Positions 62,143 through 64,000 of a stretch of 64,000 bases of DNA are shown here, piece after piece (the first letter of the stretch is position 1; the number at the start of each line of letters is the position of its first letter). The translations under genes were made by a program, and so were the position numbers. Source of the DNA: Deltaproteobacteria bacterium. Its GTDB lineage: Bacteria > Desulfobacterota > Syntrophia > Syntrophales > UBA2192. The stretch lies in contig JAAYEC010000040.1 in NCBI GenBank assembly GCA_012728915.1, forward strand, positions 42,617 to 106,616, written 5' to 3'. The notes beneath the pieces are model-generated. The model was not told the DNA's origin, did no database searches, and saw only the letters and a program-made list of their open reading frames with translations.

Positions 62143-64000
62143 TCACCCCTTTCCGGCAGGACTGTCGTTGGCTGCCTTCGCGGTCCCGGCGGGGAGTCGC
62201 CTCCCCGGCCGCGGTTTGACGGGCCCCGGTTTCTCGTCCGGCCCGCTGTACACGCAGAGCCTGACCAGCAGGCCCTCGTTTCCGCCTCCGCTGATCTTCA
62301 GCGTCTCGATGCCCGGCGCCCGCACCTCGAGCCGGTGCACGGTCCCCTGCGCCGACGGGCTCGAGGCGTCGCCGAGTTTCCGGCCCGACGCGTCGAAGGC
62401 CTCCATCAAGACGGACTTGCCCGCGTACAAGGCCGCCCAGGCGACCGCCCGGTCGGCGACGAAGGGCGGGGCGACCTGCATTCCCGAGCCCGGGAAGTTG
62501 AGCTTCCCCTCGCCCTGCGGGACGCCCCAGCGCACGATGTGCAGGTTCGCGTTCGCTGGGACGCGGAAGGTGAAGCCCTTCCTGGCGTACGGGGAGGCCA
62601 GGGCCCGCTGCTCGGGCTCGGACGTCCAGTCCACGCAGATCTCGCGCGGCTTCTCGGGGACCAGGGGCTTCTCGGGATCCCCCGGCGGGCTGGGGTAGGG
62701 GATGAGCGTGACCTCGTCGAACCAGGCGACGAGGCCTCCCTGCTCGGACCGGGCCTCGAGGAAGAGGGTGACGGCCGCCGCCGAGGCGCTTGCGCGGACG
62801 ACGAGAGGCGACCAGCAACGGCGCTGCCTTCCCTCGGCCCAGACGACCGTCGCCGCCGTTGGGTCGCTTCCCCCCGCGGGGTCGAGGCCGAGACGGCAGA
62901 GGCCGCCCGCCCGCTCGTCGAGGTGATACCGGGCCGTGACCTGGTAATCCCATCCCGGGTTTGCCCCGATCTTCTGATAGAGGCCGGAGACGGAGCCGCT
63001 GCGGCCGTTGAAGCGCTGGGAGCGCCGGCCCGCGCACACCACGAACTCCTCGGCCTGAAACGCGGCCGACTCGTCCGAGATCCCCGGGCGGCCCGTCATG
63101 CCTTCGGCGGCGCCTTTGATGTAGTACTCCCACCCGTTGGCCACTGCCCCGTGGATGCGGTTGCGGAAACCGCCCTCGAAATCGCCGTTGACCACGTCGA
63201 CGACGTGCACGGGCAGCGTGTCCCGGCCGCTTGCCCCATCCTCGTCTACGACGGTGCACTCCGCGAGGAACGTCCCCAGGGTGCGGTAGGTGTGGATCAG
63301 CGCCGCATAGCCGTACCCGACGGGCGGATCGTTTACCTCCCGGACGAGGGCGGGCATCGGCCCCGGGCCGTTGGTGTCGCCCGTCTCCCACCAGCCCTGG
63401 TGGCGGTCCAGCCACCCCGGATCGGTGAAGGAGGCCTTCAGGGTGACGGGGATCCCCGGGTAGGCATACAGGTCGGGACCCGCGTCGACCCGGGGCGGCA
63501 CGTTCCGGACCGTCACGCGTTTCGTGGCACGCCCGACGCCCCCGTCGCTGTCCCGCACGCGGAGGGTCGCGGTGAACTCGCCGCTGTTGCCATAGGCGTG
63601 GTTCCCCGTGACGATCCCCTCGGCCCGCGGGGCGAGGTTCGTCTCAGCGACGACTCCCGTCTCCAGGTTGCCGTCGCCCCATTGCCAGAGGGCCTCGTGC
63701 CGGTCGCCCCACTCGACGTCCGCGAACTTCCCGTCGAACCGGATCGTCTCGCCTTCGTCGGCCGTGATCGCGGGGCCCGCGTCCACCGTCGGGGGGACGT
63801 TGTCCGCCCGCACCCGCGCCCAGTGGTGCGTCACGGAGCCCCGCGGTTCCTGGACGGTCACGGTGAGCTCGGCCAGGTAGGTGCCGTCCCGGACGTAGGC
63901 ATGGCTCACGTGGGCGCCCTCGGCGGAGGCGTCGGCGTCGAATTTCCACTGGTACCGGCCCCTGGGGTGGATGTCGACGGCGTCGAGGTGGATCGGGGAG
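62143..64000 (-). CDS. PKD-repeat protein with a CBM-like module and an uncharacterised C-terminal domain (5' end outside the window)
   Basis: The frame stays open upstream of the listed GTG 63909 to the window edge (…YQWKFDADASAEGAHVSHAYVRDGTYLAELTV). Several PKD-like units (WQWGDG…HAYGNSGEFTATLRVRD). NGDFEGG CBM-like segment. C-terminal ICVDWT…GIETLKISGGGNEGLLVRLCVYSG. Confidence 0.8.
   Translation of the reverse strand, partial: SPIHLDAVDIHPRGRYQWKFDADASAEGAHVSHAYVRDGTYLAELTVTVQEPRGSVTHHWARVRADNVPPTVDAGPAITADEGETIRFDGKFADVEWGDRHEALWQWGDGNLETGVVAETNLAPRAEGIVTGNHAYGNSGEFTATLRVRDSDGGVGRATKRVTVRNVPPRVDAGPDLYAYPGIPVTLKASFTDPGWLDRHQGWWETGDTNGPGPMPALVREVNDPPVGYGYAALIHTYRTLGTFLAECTVVDEDGASGRDTLPVHVVDVVNGDFEGGFRNRIHGAVANGWEYYIKGAAEGMTGRPGISDESAAFQAEEFVVCAGRRSQRFNGRSGSVSGLYQKIGANPGWDYQVTARYHLDERAGGLCRLGLDPAGGSDPTAATVVWAEGRQRRCWSPLVVRASASAAAVTLFLEARSEQGGLVAWFDEVTLIPYPSPPGDPEKPLVPEKPREICVDWTSEPEQRALASPYARKGFTFRVPANANLHIVRWGVPQGEGKLNFPGSGMQVAPPFVADRAVAWAALYAGKSVLMEAFDASGRKLGDASSPSAQGTVHRLEVRAPGIETLKISGGGNEGLLVRLCVYSGPDEKPGPVKPRPGRRLPAGTAKAANDSPAGKG

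Noticed and set aside
1-64000. Search for CRISPR arrays, tRNA/rRNA genes, integrases, toxin-antitoxin pairs and recognisable defence systems.
   Set aside because: No regularly spaced direct repeats were seen. There are no tRNA-like T-arm/acceptor patterns in the intergenic gaps, no rRNA-like sequence, and no ORFs with integrase, Cas, restriction or abortive-infection signatures. This was a manual scan only, so small ncRNAs could have been missed.

Overview
64 kb of high-GC (about 65%) bacterial chromosome. The gene content suggests an anaerobic Gram-negative, deltaproteobacterium-like organism: ferredoxin-type 2-oxoacid oxidoreductase, a sigma-54-type promoter, a likely selenoprotein and a pgaABCD operon. 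That taxonomic guess is inference only. All product calls come from motifs I recognise in the translated ORFs; no database search was possible.

Gene order along the window:
- recC (5' truncated)-recB-recD, then a low-GC spacer and a hypothetical gene.
- An alpha/beta hydrolase and an MFS transporter.
- An eroded acyl-CoA metabolism block: a truncated hotdog fragment, an intact acyl-CoA dehydrogenase, and an in-frame DctQ::CoA-transferase chimera.
- A 2-oxoacid:ferredoxin oxidoreductase alpha/beta/gamma operon that ends in a GltD-like flavoprotein carrying the ferredoxin domain.
- A triple-frameshifted 2-hydroxyacid dehydrogenase.
- A divergent GntR, TAXI-TRAP and two-aminotransferase block.
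- A frameshifted LarA-like remnant.
- An uncharacterised operon: hypothetical protein, PaaI thioesterase, amidase, PaaI thioesterase.
- pgaABCD plus an SGNH-like gene.
- An OmpR/CusS-type two-component system with an LtaS-like transferase and a PAP2/beta-barrel protein. This module is bracketed by a 76-bp direct repeat.
- cheD-HDOD.
- A single-copy IS200/RAYT-type HUH transposase flanked by GGACGTCC hairpin repeats.
- A rhodanese lipoprotein gene with an in-frame TGA and a SECIS-like hairpin.
- A metallophosphoesterase gene interrupted only by three in-frame TGAs.
- livFGMH plus a binding protein.
- SGNH hydrolase, OmpA-like protein, OYE reductase, flavin reductase, ispH and a polyprenyl synthase.
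- A trio of uncharacterised genes headed by a PKD-repeat protein that runs off the 3' edge of the window.

No rRNA, tRNA or CRISPR array was seen. Most long ORFs antisense to these genes are high-GC shadow ORFs.
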